A DNA stretch of 32,000 bases, from assembly GCF_000400465.1 (NCBI RefSeq), contig NW_008806279.1:206107-238106 (forward strand), read 5' to 3'. A program made the translations under genes and the position numbers. Under the pieces are notes generated by a model that was given only the letters and a program-made list of their open reading frames with translations, had not been told where the DNA came from and ran no database searches. Of this stretch, positions 21,393 to 32,000 are shown piece after piece (positions within the stretch are counted from its first letter, which is position 1; each line of letters begins with the position of its first letter). This DNA is from Wallemia ichthyophaga EXF-994. Lineage: Eukaryota; Fungi; Basidiomycota.

Positions 21393-22631
21393 AATGAGTT
21401 GTTAATTGTTGGTGGAGAGAGTTGTGGATGAAAAGTGTGGAGAGCGAAAGCTTTTTGAGGAGAAGCTTCGAAAAATCAGCTGAGCTGTGCCTGGATGATG
21501 ATGATTCGGAGTCGATTATCTGCGTCAGGAATTCCGCTCTAAAACACCTAAAAATATTTATGTTTAAAATTCCACAAATGCGGGGAACTGCAGGATTTTG
21601 AGGATATAAATACCAGTCACTTCCTGGAGCTCCAATCTAGGAACACGGGGCCTTTTGGCCTGAGCGTTCAAGAGGTGTACGCGTTCATGAGAAAGGGACA
21701 ACTCAGGTTACTCTTTTTCATGGGGATGCGGGGTATGCATGTATTTTTTTGTAGATGCTTACAACATTTTGTCTCTGTTCCGAGGATTCCGAGGCCCGCG
21801 GGCCCTAAGCGAGTCAATCAAGTAGGAGTACTGTGTACGAGCGCGGACATAGTAAGATAGCTTTGGAGTAGCCTGAATATACCCTTAATGTATTGGTCAC
21901 GTCCTCCCATAATTATATAGGCGTCGCTTAGTTCTTGTGATGATCACGCATCCTCCGCTCCAAGTCGGACATGGTGGGTGCGCATTTTTCAAGAAAGTCT
22001 CATATCCAGTTGGAATTATATATCGATATTATTTCATACATCGCCAAATTTCATCTTCGAACGGATGGCACTTGGCATGTGGCTCAGGACAGCCTTGGCT
22101 TAATGAACGGTAAGAAGCCCCAATCCTTTTTATCGTTCCCGTAACTCATGCTCACGCTTTCTTGTACAGATATGCACATCGGTTCGCTGCACGAGTATGA
22201 ACGGCGAGATGTTTGGGCCTGGTAGCTTTGACAACAGTGCAGATGACATTATCAGCTGCAGAAATCAGGGGCAGCAATAAAACGTTTAATTGATGAGGCT
22301 GTACAAGAATTTTGTGGAGAGTTTGGAGACAGCGAAGCTACCACGTATTAAGGTGCAGACTGGGGTTAATGAATGGCTTGTACAGCGATGAAACTGATAG
22401 AACGAATATGCAATAGATGTTGTTCTGTCTGCTTCATCGCTGTACAAGCCATTCCAAAAACCCGAGTCGTGGGAACAAGAATCGTGTATTAAAGGATATG
22501 TATATCATTCTAGTAGTGGAATAGCGTGGATATGAAGTGCTTTGAAATATGTTAGCCTGCGTACGCCTAAGTGTGAAAATTGTTCATTCCAACTGACTTT
22601 GGCCATAAACACTCCTTACAAACACCCGAAG

Positions 22632-22976
22632 ATGCTTGCTAATATTATTTCCAAGACTAGACCAGTGATTGCCCGCCAAGGAGCGTGGACTCCGTCGAAA
22701 CCTGTCCTGCTGATGATACATCGAAACCAGTCCAACAGACAAGACCGCACAAGCGAGCAGGAGCTAGCAGAGCGCCAAGAGCAACCACAGACACCACCTC
22801 CAACTGCCAACACTGGCCAGGGCACTACGTCTAGCGACAAGATCCACGATGCCATTGAGACTGATGAGGCGGATGCTGTCCACGGTCCGCTCAAAGGAAA
22901 AGGCGGGAAATACTCGACACCCAGTCAAGAAGAGCTCCAAGCAGACAAAGGGGATTACCCAACGAAATCAAATTGA
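22632..22976 (+). CDS. Small hydrophilic protein with a basic, presequence-like N-terminus (114 aa)
   Basis: ATG at 22632 opens MLANIISKTRPVIARQ..., followed by a Gln/Glu/Thr/Asp-rich disordered body ending STPSQEELQADKGDYPTKSN*. Confidence 0.6.
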   Translation: MLANIISKTRPVIARQGAWTPSKPVLLMIHRNQSNRQDRTSEQELAERQEQPQTPPPTANTGQGTTSSDKIHDAIETDEADAVHGPLKGKGGKYSTPSQEELQADKGDYPTKSN

Positions 22977-23117
22977 AATCTATTGAATCCACCCCTAACC
23001 TCCATTAGCTGAATTTGACGACAGAAACGCTAAATTATGAGATTGAAGCTTCTTGTATTTCATTTATTTGTAAATTGATTCATTCTTACGACATATATCT
23101 ACGCTGCACTGTGACAA

Positions 23118-23143
23118 CTGTTGCTGTTGCTGTTGCTGTTGCT
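23118..23143. repeat. Hexanucleotide microsatellite (CTGTTG)4 followed by (CTTACT)2, just upstream of the MIC60 ATG
   Basis: Read directly from the sequence. Confidence 0.85.
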
Positions 23144-23170
23144 CTTACTCTTACTCCCACCCGTCATACT

Positions 23171-25228
23171 ATGCTCAGAGCGAACCGCTCAATCAGCGCG
23201 CAAGTAGCACGCAGCACGCGGAGTGTGAGTGGATAAAACGTGGCAGTATAAAATGCACCTTTCTAACAGCCCCCACAGTACGCTTCCAGCTCCGCGAAGC
23301 CAGCTCGCCCAATACGCAGATTCATCGTCACAACCGCACTCGTTACCGGAGCTTTCTATGGTGGCAGCTCCTACTACGCTCTCCAGGACCCGCCATATGC
23401 TGAGTTCTTCACGGCGACGTTCCCGGGCGCCCACCACGTCCTCGAAGCCATCGAAGACGCAAACCTCAAGGACAGAATAGACAATATCGACTACGACGCT
23501 ATTAGAGCACAGGCTGCTCACGCTACTGAAGTGAGCAAGGACGCCTACGCGCGTCTCCACGCTTTGGTGGATAAATATGCCAACAAGGCAGACCACGCCA
23601 AGGACGCGGCAAAGGAGACAGCGCAGTCGACTAAAGAGGATGCTGATGAGAGTCTCTATGTTGACTCTGGTCTCGTCAACAAGGCCAAGGACGTAATGAA
23701 TGAAACCGTCGATAAGGCCAAGGATGGCGTCGAGAGCGCCGGCGAGAAGGCAAGCGAAGTCGCCCACAAAGCTGAAGAAAAGCTTGAAGACTTGGGCAAC
23801 AAAGCTGAGAAGGCTGGCGAGAAGGTCGTTGATACGGTCGATGATCCCAATGCTGGTGGTTTGACAGCGGATGGAAAGAAGATCTACACTGGTCCACCTC
23901 TCCCAATTGGTCACTCTTTGCCTGATGGATACGTCTATCCACCCAAAAAGGCAACTCCAGTACCTCCACCTAAGCAAGAGCAGAGCAAGCCAGTCGAGTC
24001 TATCCCTCTCCTTGCACCATCTGTGAAAGATTTGTCTGCATCTGAACCAATCGTCTCTCAGCTCGCTGAGACTATCGACAACCTCTCAAAATTCATCCAA
24101 GACACTCCACATGCCGCCGGCTCCGTGAAGGATGTCATAAACACCGCCCAGGGCGATCTCTCAGCACTCGGACAGCGTCTCGAAGCGGTGAAGGAAGAAG
24201 AGAAGAGAAAGTTGGAGAGCAGTCTCGACGCCCAAGCCAAGGAGTATTCTAAGATGCTGATCGAACACGAGAGACACATCCAAAACCGCGTCGACTCACA
24301 TGAGCAAGACTGGCGTGATCAATTTGATGTCGAGCGCAAAACGATAGCTGAGTCATTCAAGAAGAAGTTATCGGAGGAGCTCGCGACACAGTCGGAGATC
24401 ATCAACCAGAGACTACGCGAACAGGTTGTTGCGCAGGGTGTCGAAATGCAGAGACGCTGGCTCCGCGATATCAAATTCAAAGTCGAGCAAGAACGTGGTG
24501 GACGATTGGCCAAGTTGGAGTCACTCGCTGATGACGTCAAGAACCTCGAGCGCGTCACATACGACAACGCTGACTACGTAGATGATAATGTTAGAGTACA
24601 TACACTGTGGTCGACTTACAGAGCTCTCGAGAGGGCTGTCGTAGGGAAGCTCTCGTTGACCGAAGTTAGCGATGAGAAAAAGCCATTCAGAAAGGAGCTT
24701 GACGCGCTGGCCAAGGTTGCCAAAGATAGCTCACAAGATGGCGCTGGTGGAGCAGTTGTTGAAGCTGCATTGGAGCCACTCACCCAGTCTAAGATTCCAG
24801 ACCAGGGTGTTGAAAGCGTCGGTGACCTCTCAGACTGGTACAGACAATCGATAGAACCAAAAGTAAGAAGAGTTGCATTGGCACCTGAAGTAGGTGCTGG
24901 ACCGCTTTCCATTGCAGTGTCATCTGTCATGTCTTCATTGTTGCTTTTTAAAAAGCAGGGTTTGGTTGAAGGTAGTGATGTTGCTTCGGTGCTGTCGCGC
25001 GCAGATTACTACCTCTCGCAAAAGAATCTAGACATGGCTGCACGCGAGTTGAACCAGTTAACGGGATGGCCAAAGACCCTTCTCACCGACTGGCTCAACG
25101 AGGCGCGTAAGACTTTGCACGTACAGCAGACACTTGACGTGAGTGAAGGTTTTTGCCGTCGAACCCTCTAACGAAGCACCCAGGTAATTGAAACGGAAGC
25201 TACACTCGCATCTCTCCTTGTCATCTAG
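23171..25228 (+). CDS. MIC60: MICOS subunit Mic60/mitofilin (~652 aa); exons 23171-23224, 23279-25138, 25184-25228
   Basis: Presequence (MLRANRSISAQVARSTRSYASS), a single TM (FIVTTALVTGAFYGGSSYYAL), a long coiled coil, and the C-terminal mitofilin domain (DVASVLSRADYYL...LDMAARELNQLTGWPKTLLTDWLNEAR). Introns are 54 and 45 nt. Confidence 0.93.
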
Positions 25229-25385
25229 ATAAAAGAATTTCACTAAATGCACACCAAATGAATTAAAAGATGATGTTGGTGTGTTTTGGATAGGCAGTAG
25301 ATGTCGCATGTGTATCACTATAAATATTAAAATTACATGAGAAATAGTTACTAAGACGGAATAACAAACTTCAACCGAACTCCAA

Positions 25386-27031
25386 CTACCCGTCGAAGCC
25401 AGGCAGAGGGCCTTCAATTGGACCGACAGCATAAATACTGTTGATGCCAGTGTTTGTGTTCCCGAGTCCAGGTAAGGGCATGTCCTCGTCCTCCGACTTG
25501 TTGGTTTGTGGGGAGATGGAAGGACCTTGAAGTAAAGCCTTCTCTTCCTCCTCTGACATAGGACCGTGATGGAACTTATCCCTCCCAACGGCTCTTCCCG
25601 GTCTCTCGCGCTCCCAGAAGCGTGTAGTATAGTCGTTAGAGCCTGACGCCATGAGGTGACCGAGGGGATGCCAAGCCATTGACCACACACTACTCTCGTG
25701 GGCCCAGTCGACACTCGCTATAGGGTTTGTTGTACTCTTTGGGTCGTGAGGGTGAGCGAGGGAATGGTAAACCATAGCGCCTGTCGCCGTACCCGTGACA
25801 AGCACCGGATGAATAGGATGCCAAGCCAGTGAGCATACCTCCCTATCGAAACCTTTCAAAACTGTAAGATCCTTCATTGCGCGTAGATCAAAAACTCTGA
25901 CGCTTTGATCACGTGATCCAGTGGCAGCTAGCAAACCATCAGGAGAGAATCTACACGTTTGTACTGTGTTCTTGTGTCCGTGCAAGGTAGATAGATCAGA
26001 CGGCCGTCTTGGATCCCAGAATTTGACGAGATTGTCTTTACCGCCGCTCATTATAAGACCTTTGTGAGGATGCCAATCAACACATTTTACGTCCCAACCG
26101 TGGCCTGTGAGGGTACGCTCTTCACGATGCTCACCAAATGCCCAAACTTTAAGCGTCTGGTCGTCGGATGCGGTAACAAAGTGCTGGTCAGTGGGAGAGA
26201 CTGCTACACCACGTATGGCAGTGTCCATACCGGTATCTTTGTTGCCATGTGCCTGCCAAGCAGCAACATTGTTCATGGCGGGGTTGAAATATTTGACAGT
26301 ACCGGCAGAATCAGCGGAAATGATCCAGTCGCCAGAGTAAGTGTATGCGAGGGCTCTAATGGAGGAGTCGTGAGCTTGTAAGATAGTCTCAAAGTTGAAA
26401 GTTAAGCCATTCCACAAGACGAATTCACCAGAGTGACAGCCAGTGAGTAGACGACGACCATCTGGGGTCCACTGTGGTAGTGGAAGTTTTAGTGGGTAGA
26501 TTGGGAGGTTAAATATACTCACAGCTACAACATTGATAGAGCACTTGATCTTATTGACGGATGCTTGAACGAATTTTGCAGCAATCGAAGTAGTTGGATT
26601 GCTGTAAGCTTCAGGGGGGCGCAGCTGGAAATTGTCTGTGTTAAGGGGTTATAAAACCAACGCCCGCGCAACTCACCTCAACAATATGATCCAAACCAGG
26701 TCTAAGGAATTGATTTGGACGAGGACTTGTGATATTCCTACGATCCTTTGTGGGATTAGAGTGTTAATTGTTGGATGTAGCCACGTACTCTATTCCAGGC
26801 AGCTAATTCACCCGCGTATTCGACAGTCCTCCTCTCAATCGTCTTCTTTGGCTTGCGTGAGTCGATACCGAGTTGATAAACAGCGCCGAGAGCGTTAGAT
26901 TCTTTATCGACCATCGTTGGATCTACGTAGGATGGCTGTGATTGCTCGTGTATACGATAAGGATGCCATCTGGGTTGAGCTGATGGACGTTGACTACTCG
27001 TTGAATTTAAACTACCAAGTAAATCTATCAT
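25386..27031 (-). CDS. PFS2: WD40 polyadenylation factor Pfs2/WDR33 (~499 aa); exons 27031-26789, 26745-26677, 26624-26523, 26471-25386
   Basis: [93 protein letters not shown]. Three GT-AG introns of 43-52 nt. Confidence 0.93.
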
Positions 27032-27111
27032 AATTATATATTTATATTTATTATTTTAATTTTAAAGTAAATTTAATTATCTTTGATGGCTGTCACCCAG
27101 ACAACCAAGTC

Positions 27112-30100
27112 ATGTCATCGAGCAACTCAAACTCAAATTCCAATCAAAATCTACAATATCTTTCAAAGCGGGCGTTGCAGATTCAGCATGATGAAGGTGT
27201 CGCTGCTATTCCCAACAAACCTTCCCCTGCCAACACACCACCCGTAAGACGAGCTAGAGCTGGTACTCTGCCTTCAAATCTATCCAGTATTCCTAATTAT
27301 CCCACTCAATTCAACCAACCTCCCCCTTTAAATCTTTCAAAAGCTGGTCTTTCTCCCGCAGCGATTGAATCACTTGACTACGCTTCCAATCCACAGAAAC
27401 CTGGTTTAAGGCACTCTCATTCTTCTGCTTTAAACTTTGAAAAGTCTCCAAGGCTTAGATCTGGCTCACTTACCCTACCCCCTTCTTCCCCCTCGGTTCA
27501 AAGACTCGCTGATCCTTTCGGTAGCAGATTCTTCTACTCGAGGTCAAATTCACAAATTGGCGCCATCGGTGATGAGCTCAAGTCTTCTGACTTGCCCTCT
27601 GAAGACGCTTGTCTGCGTACCCTTGATTACCTCGGCCTTGATGACCCTCCTTCAACTCCATCCTCCCCACATACAAATCATTCAAATCCTTCTTTATCGA
27701 TACCAAAGCCTTCTCATATCTCTCTAAATTCACCAACAAGATCAAGAGCGTACACTCTCTCCACTTCAAAAGCTGCTGATCCTTTCAAAACATCTTCATC
27801 CACCTCATCACCTTCATGTCAACCTCCTAACGATCATTTACACCCAGATTCTGCTTCTTTGGTTAATAACTCCAATCTTAACGATTACCAATCTTTCTTG
27901 AAAGATCCTCAAGATCCTCTCTTTAATAGCTTCAACAACCCCTCTTACAACTCCAACTCCACTCAATCTTCACGCCCACGCGCTATCTCTATGGGCATTC
28001 TCGATGAACCTGACGTCATCAGAGCTCCTGCAAGATCTGGTGTGCCTTTCCCTGACTCTTCTCATCCACATCCACTCCAACAATCCTTCAACTCTTATGA
28101 CTTGGAAATGTCTCACCTCGATGACCCCTATAGTTCCCTCAATCAGGTTCACACTCAGCAAGTTCCAACCAGATCTCTCTGGATTGGTGGTTTAGATCCA
28201 CGCACCACCGCCCAAGAGCTCATGCACGTCTTTGCACCTTACGGTGCAATTGAAAGTTTACGCTTGTTAACGGATAAGGTGAGTTTGTTGTGTTTTATAA
28301 AACCCCTACTAGAACTTGTTACATAGGAATGTGGTTTCGTTAATTTCGTAGAAAAATCAGATGCTCTCAGAGCTAGAGATGATGTAATGCACAGATTAGC
28401 CGGTAGAATACCCATCTCTACAACCAATGGCGGTGCAAACTCCTCAACACCTGTTAGAATAGGTTTTGGTAAGATTGACTCACCTCAAAATCCTCCTTCA
28501 ACCTCCTCGCTTTTGAACTCAACCAACAATTCCACCCTCTCAGTTCCAAACAGTGTACCAAATCAGATCAATTTCGACGGTACAACAGAGCAACCAACGC
28601 GTGCACTCTGGCTAGGCTCCATCCCAAGCACCACAACTCCAGCCACATTACTTGCACTGTTTGGGCCATTTGGACCAATCGAATCAGCACGCGTTCTCAC
28701 TCACAAAAATTGCGGGTTCGTTAACTACGAAAGACTCGACGATGCTGTTCGCGCGAGGAAGTCACTCAATGGCCGCGAACTTCTCGGTCCTGAGATTGGT
28801 GCTGTCAGAGTCGGCTTTGCTAAAGTGCCTGTTAAGTCGACTGGAATTGATGATAGTGCAAATACAATCATATTCCCATCATCCGCCTCAGCTCCAAATG
28901 GTGGTCACCCACAGGCTCTCGCTAATTCATTGATCGGTGTTCAAGGCGTTTCTGACATACCTGTTGAACAACAAATAGCTTCTGGACAGACGGAAAACTA
29001 CAGATCAAATCTTATGATGAATTTACTTCAGAATGGTACAAAGGAGAGCGTCGTCAACTCTCTCTCACCGAAATTAGAAAAGGTCGATCCAGATGAAAGA
29101 CCTAGTGTAAATGATCAGCAGATGATCATGTCAATCCTCAGCGGTGGAAATCAAGACGACATTAGATCAGTCTCAGATCTTAGACCAGCAGCTACTTATT
29201 ACACTTCTATACCACCAATACTACCAGCTGTTAATGGTATTGATAACCAGCCAATCCGCAAATTTGATTCATCCAAGTTGCGCGAATTGAGAAAGAGGCT
29301 TGAAAATCAAGACGGAAGTAATTCCGATAAGAGAAGAAGCAGTGCCGATGAAATGAATGACGAGTATTACGATGACGAGAATGGTCAATTCCCATTTTCT
29401 GAAGATCCAGAAATTTTGGCTACAAGACCAATGTCTGAAGGTGGACTTATTGATAACATAGTCGATCTTGCTAGTGACTACATTGGTAACACGATCATTC
29501 AGAAATTATTTGAAGTTTGTACACTTCAAGCCAAAATGTGTATGCTGAATGATCTTGCACCTCACTTAGCTATGATTGGATGTCACAAGGTGAGTTTGAT
29601 GGCTTGTTGGTACTTTATTTATTGACATCTTATAGAATGGAACATGGGCAGCTCAAAAGATAATTGATTGTGCTTCAACTGCTGAGGAGATCAATTTGAT
29701 AGTACAGCACATTAGACCATACGCACCACCTTTGTTGTTGGACCAGTTTGGAAATTACGTAGTTCAGTGCTGTCTTAGATTTGGACCACCAGCAAATGAC
29801 TTTATTTTTGATGCAATGTGTGATAGAATATGGGATATAGCACAAGGACGCTTTGGAGCTCGTTCTATGAGGGCGATATTAGAGAGCTCGCATATCACAT
29901 TACGTCAACAGAAACGCTTAGCAATATCAATAATACTAAATTCGATTCCACTAGCAACAAATCCAAATGGGGCGTTACTGTTGACTTGGTTGCTGGACAC
30001 TTCAAATTTACCAGGTAGATATGGGTTACTTGCACCTAGATTTACACCACATGCAGCGCACCTGATTACGCACAAATTGGCATCATTGACAGTGTTAAGG

Positions 30101-30649
30101 TTGGTAAATCAAAAGCTAGATAGAGAAGCAACGAATAGTTTATTAGAAGCAATCTTTGAAAGTCCAAGTGATGGAGTTTTGTTTGACGCGTTGATGGATC
30201 CAGCGCAGGGAGTATCAGTAATAACTAAATTGATAGTATCACAGACGATTGACGAGTATAAGAGACAGGAGTATATGGAAGCAATCAAACGAGTACTAAC
30301 GAATGGAAATGTAAAAATAACAAACCCAGCCGCATACAGGAGGTTATTGGATGAGATCAATATGCCTATGAACAAGCTAAATATAATGCAACCGCTACCG
30401 GGGACAACAGGTGGCAGTGGGAGTGGGAGTACAGGTGGAACACCACCAACAACGACATTTTCACCACAATTGCAACCAATGCAGCCCATTTATGGTGGAA
30501 TGACGCCACCTGCGAGTCTAATGAATCTACAACTACAAGCACATGCGCAAGCCCAAGCACAAGCAGCGGTGTTAGGACATGGATCGCCACCAGTGCCTGA
30601 GCAGATACTTAGAGGCTCAACAGGAAACCCATTCAACGCATTTAGATAG
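27112..30649 (+). CDS. JSN1: RRM + Pumilio-repeat RNA-binding protein, Jsn1/Puf1-Puf2 family (~1147 aa); exons 27112-28278, 28327-29589, 29636-30649
   Basis: Two RRMs (PTRSLWIG...ECGFVNF; PTRALWLG...KNCGFVNY) plus PUF repeats (DYIGNTIIQKLFE, NGTWAAQKIID, DQFGNYVVQCCL). Introns are 48 and 46 nt. Confidence 0.9.
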
Positions 30650-30721
30650 ATGAGCTTATAATGATGAATCTTTAATGTTTGACTTTGTATATAAATTTAA
30701 TTCTTTAGGACCACGACAACG

Positions 30722-32000
30722 ATGACAATATCGATTGCGACAGCGAGCAACAGACTAAAGATGCTGTCCAGGCAGCTGTCGACGAGTAGAACATCGCCAG
30801 TTTCCACTAAATCTCTTATCAACGATAGCGTCAAGGAGGTGGGTGAGAGTGCGTCATGATCAAATTAGACTTAGCAGCCTCAGTCCCCAGTGACCTTTAC
30901 AGAGGGCGTTGGTCTCAAGACGTTTACTTTGAATCGCCCCAGAGCGCTCAATGCGCTCAACAGGGATATGATGAAGCTTATTAGGAGGCGTATAGGGGTT
31001 AGTGGGATTACTGGCGGAGAAAGTGGCTAAATGATGGTAGGAATGGGATGCTAATCCATCCACAGGCGTTATAGTCTCTTCAGGCGTCGGCAAGGCGTAC
31101 TGTGCTGGCGGTGACGTCAAGTGTGAGTGTGTCACAAGTGGACCATCCACCGCTCACTCCACTCCAAGCCATAGCGCTCAACGCGAACAAAGCCGAAGCG
31201 CTCCAGATTCTCAAGGAGGAGTTCGAACTCGACCACGAGCTATCGGTGCTAACGAAGCCGTACATAGCGCTAATGGATGGTTATACGATGGGGGGCGGGG
31301 CAGGAATAGCGCTACCTGCACCGGTACGTATATCTACAGACAACACCTACTTGTCTTTCCCTGAGACGAGGCTGGGCTATGCGCCCGACGTCGGTGCATC
31401 GTACTACCTTTCGCGGCTGGATGGTCAGCTGGGGACATACCTCAGTCTGACAGGTGCGGGTGTGTCGGGGAGCGACGCTTACCACCTTGGTCTATCCACG
31501 CACCACGTCTCGCCTTCCCTTTTTCCTGCTCTGCTCGCACGCCTCAGCGATCTCCCGACACCCGTCACCGCGGCGGCTGTGAGTGGGGCGGTGGAGGAGT
31601 ACACCACGCACCCTCTTCCCCGCTTAAGCGAAGAATGGCGAGGAGCACACCGCCGCGCAATTGACGACGCTTTCGGACAGGCCTCTGTGGAGGATATCGT
31701 GCAAGTGCTGCAACACCAGGCGGAGGGTGGAAATAAGGGCGTAAGTGTGTGGGCAACCTCTACACTACACACACTCCGCCAACGCCCGCCTACATCGCTT
31801 CGTGTCGCTCTCGAGGCAGTGCGTCGAGGCATGAAGATGCACAGTGTTGCGCAAGCCTTGCACCAAGAACACACATTCGCAGATGGGTTCCTACACGCCA
31901 ATGAAGATTTCGCGAAAGGCGTGCAGGCAGTCTTGGTAGATAAGGCTACCCACCCACCTGACTGGTCCCCGCGCTCGCTCAGAGATACTCATAAAGCGGA
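30722..32000 (+). CDS. EHD3: Crotonase-family 3-hydroxyisobutyryl-CoA hydrolase (Ehd3/HIBCH-like), runs off the right edge; introns ~30839-30883, 30998-31040, 31123-31168
   Basis: After splicing: TFTLNRPRALNALN, KAYCAGGDVK, KPYIALMDGYTMGGGAG, FPETRLGYAPDVG, RPPTSLRVAL, DFAKGVQAVLVDK. Presequence-like N-terminus. Confidence 0.88.

Noticed and set aside
3406-25714. Many long antisense ORFs in the track (e.g. 3406-4083, 11426-12211, 23189-23977, 25058-25714)
   Set aside because: They are shadows of real genes on the opposite strand, explained by codon bias (especially eEF2).

Overview
Gene-dense eukaryotic (fungal, basidiomycete-like) DNA. Introns are short (mostly 43-56 nt) and intergenic spacers are tiny, which resembles a compact genome such as Wallemia (inference only). 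Manually spliced models give about 17 protein genes: a PMT1-type O-mannosyltransferase, IPI3, CBF5/dyskerin, a PPR protein, a thioredoxin-fold protein, eEF2, an NTF2/SnoaL-like protein, an RNI-like LRR protein, a small secreted Cys protein, an MFS sugar porter, MIC60, PFS2, a JSN1/Puf RRM-PUF protein, an EHD3/HIBCH-like hydrolase and several small or orphan ORFs. No transposon, CRISPR, tRNA or rRNA was seen. The strongest signal is non-coding. The only two oversized introns both carry structure. The 149-nt CBF5 intron holds a complete box C/D snoRNA whose guide is predicted to methylate the 5.8S rRNA G75-equivalent (SNORD96/U96-like). The 252-nt first intron of eEF2 is closed by a long-range GC-rich stem that brings its effective length to 48 nt. 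All exon coordinates and counts were derived by hand and no database searches were run.
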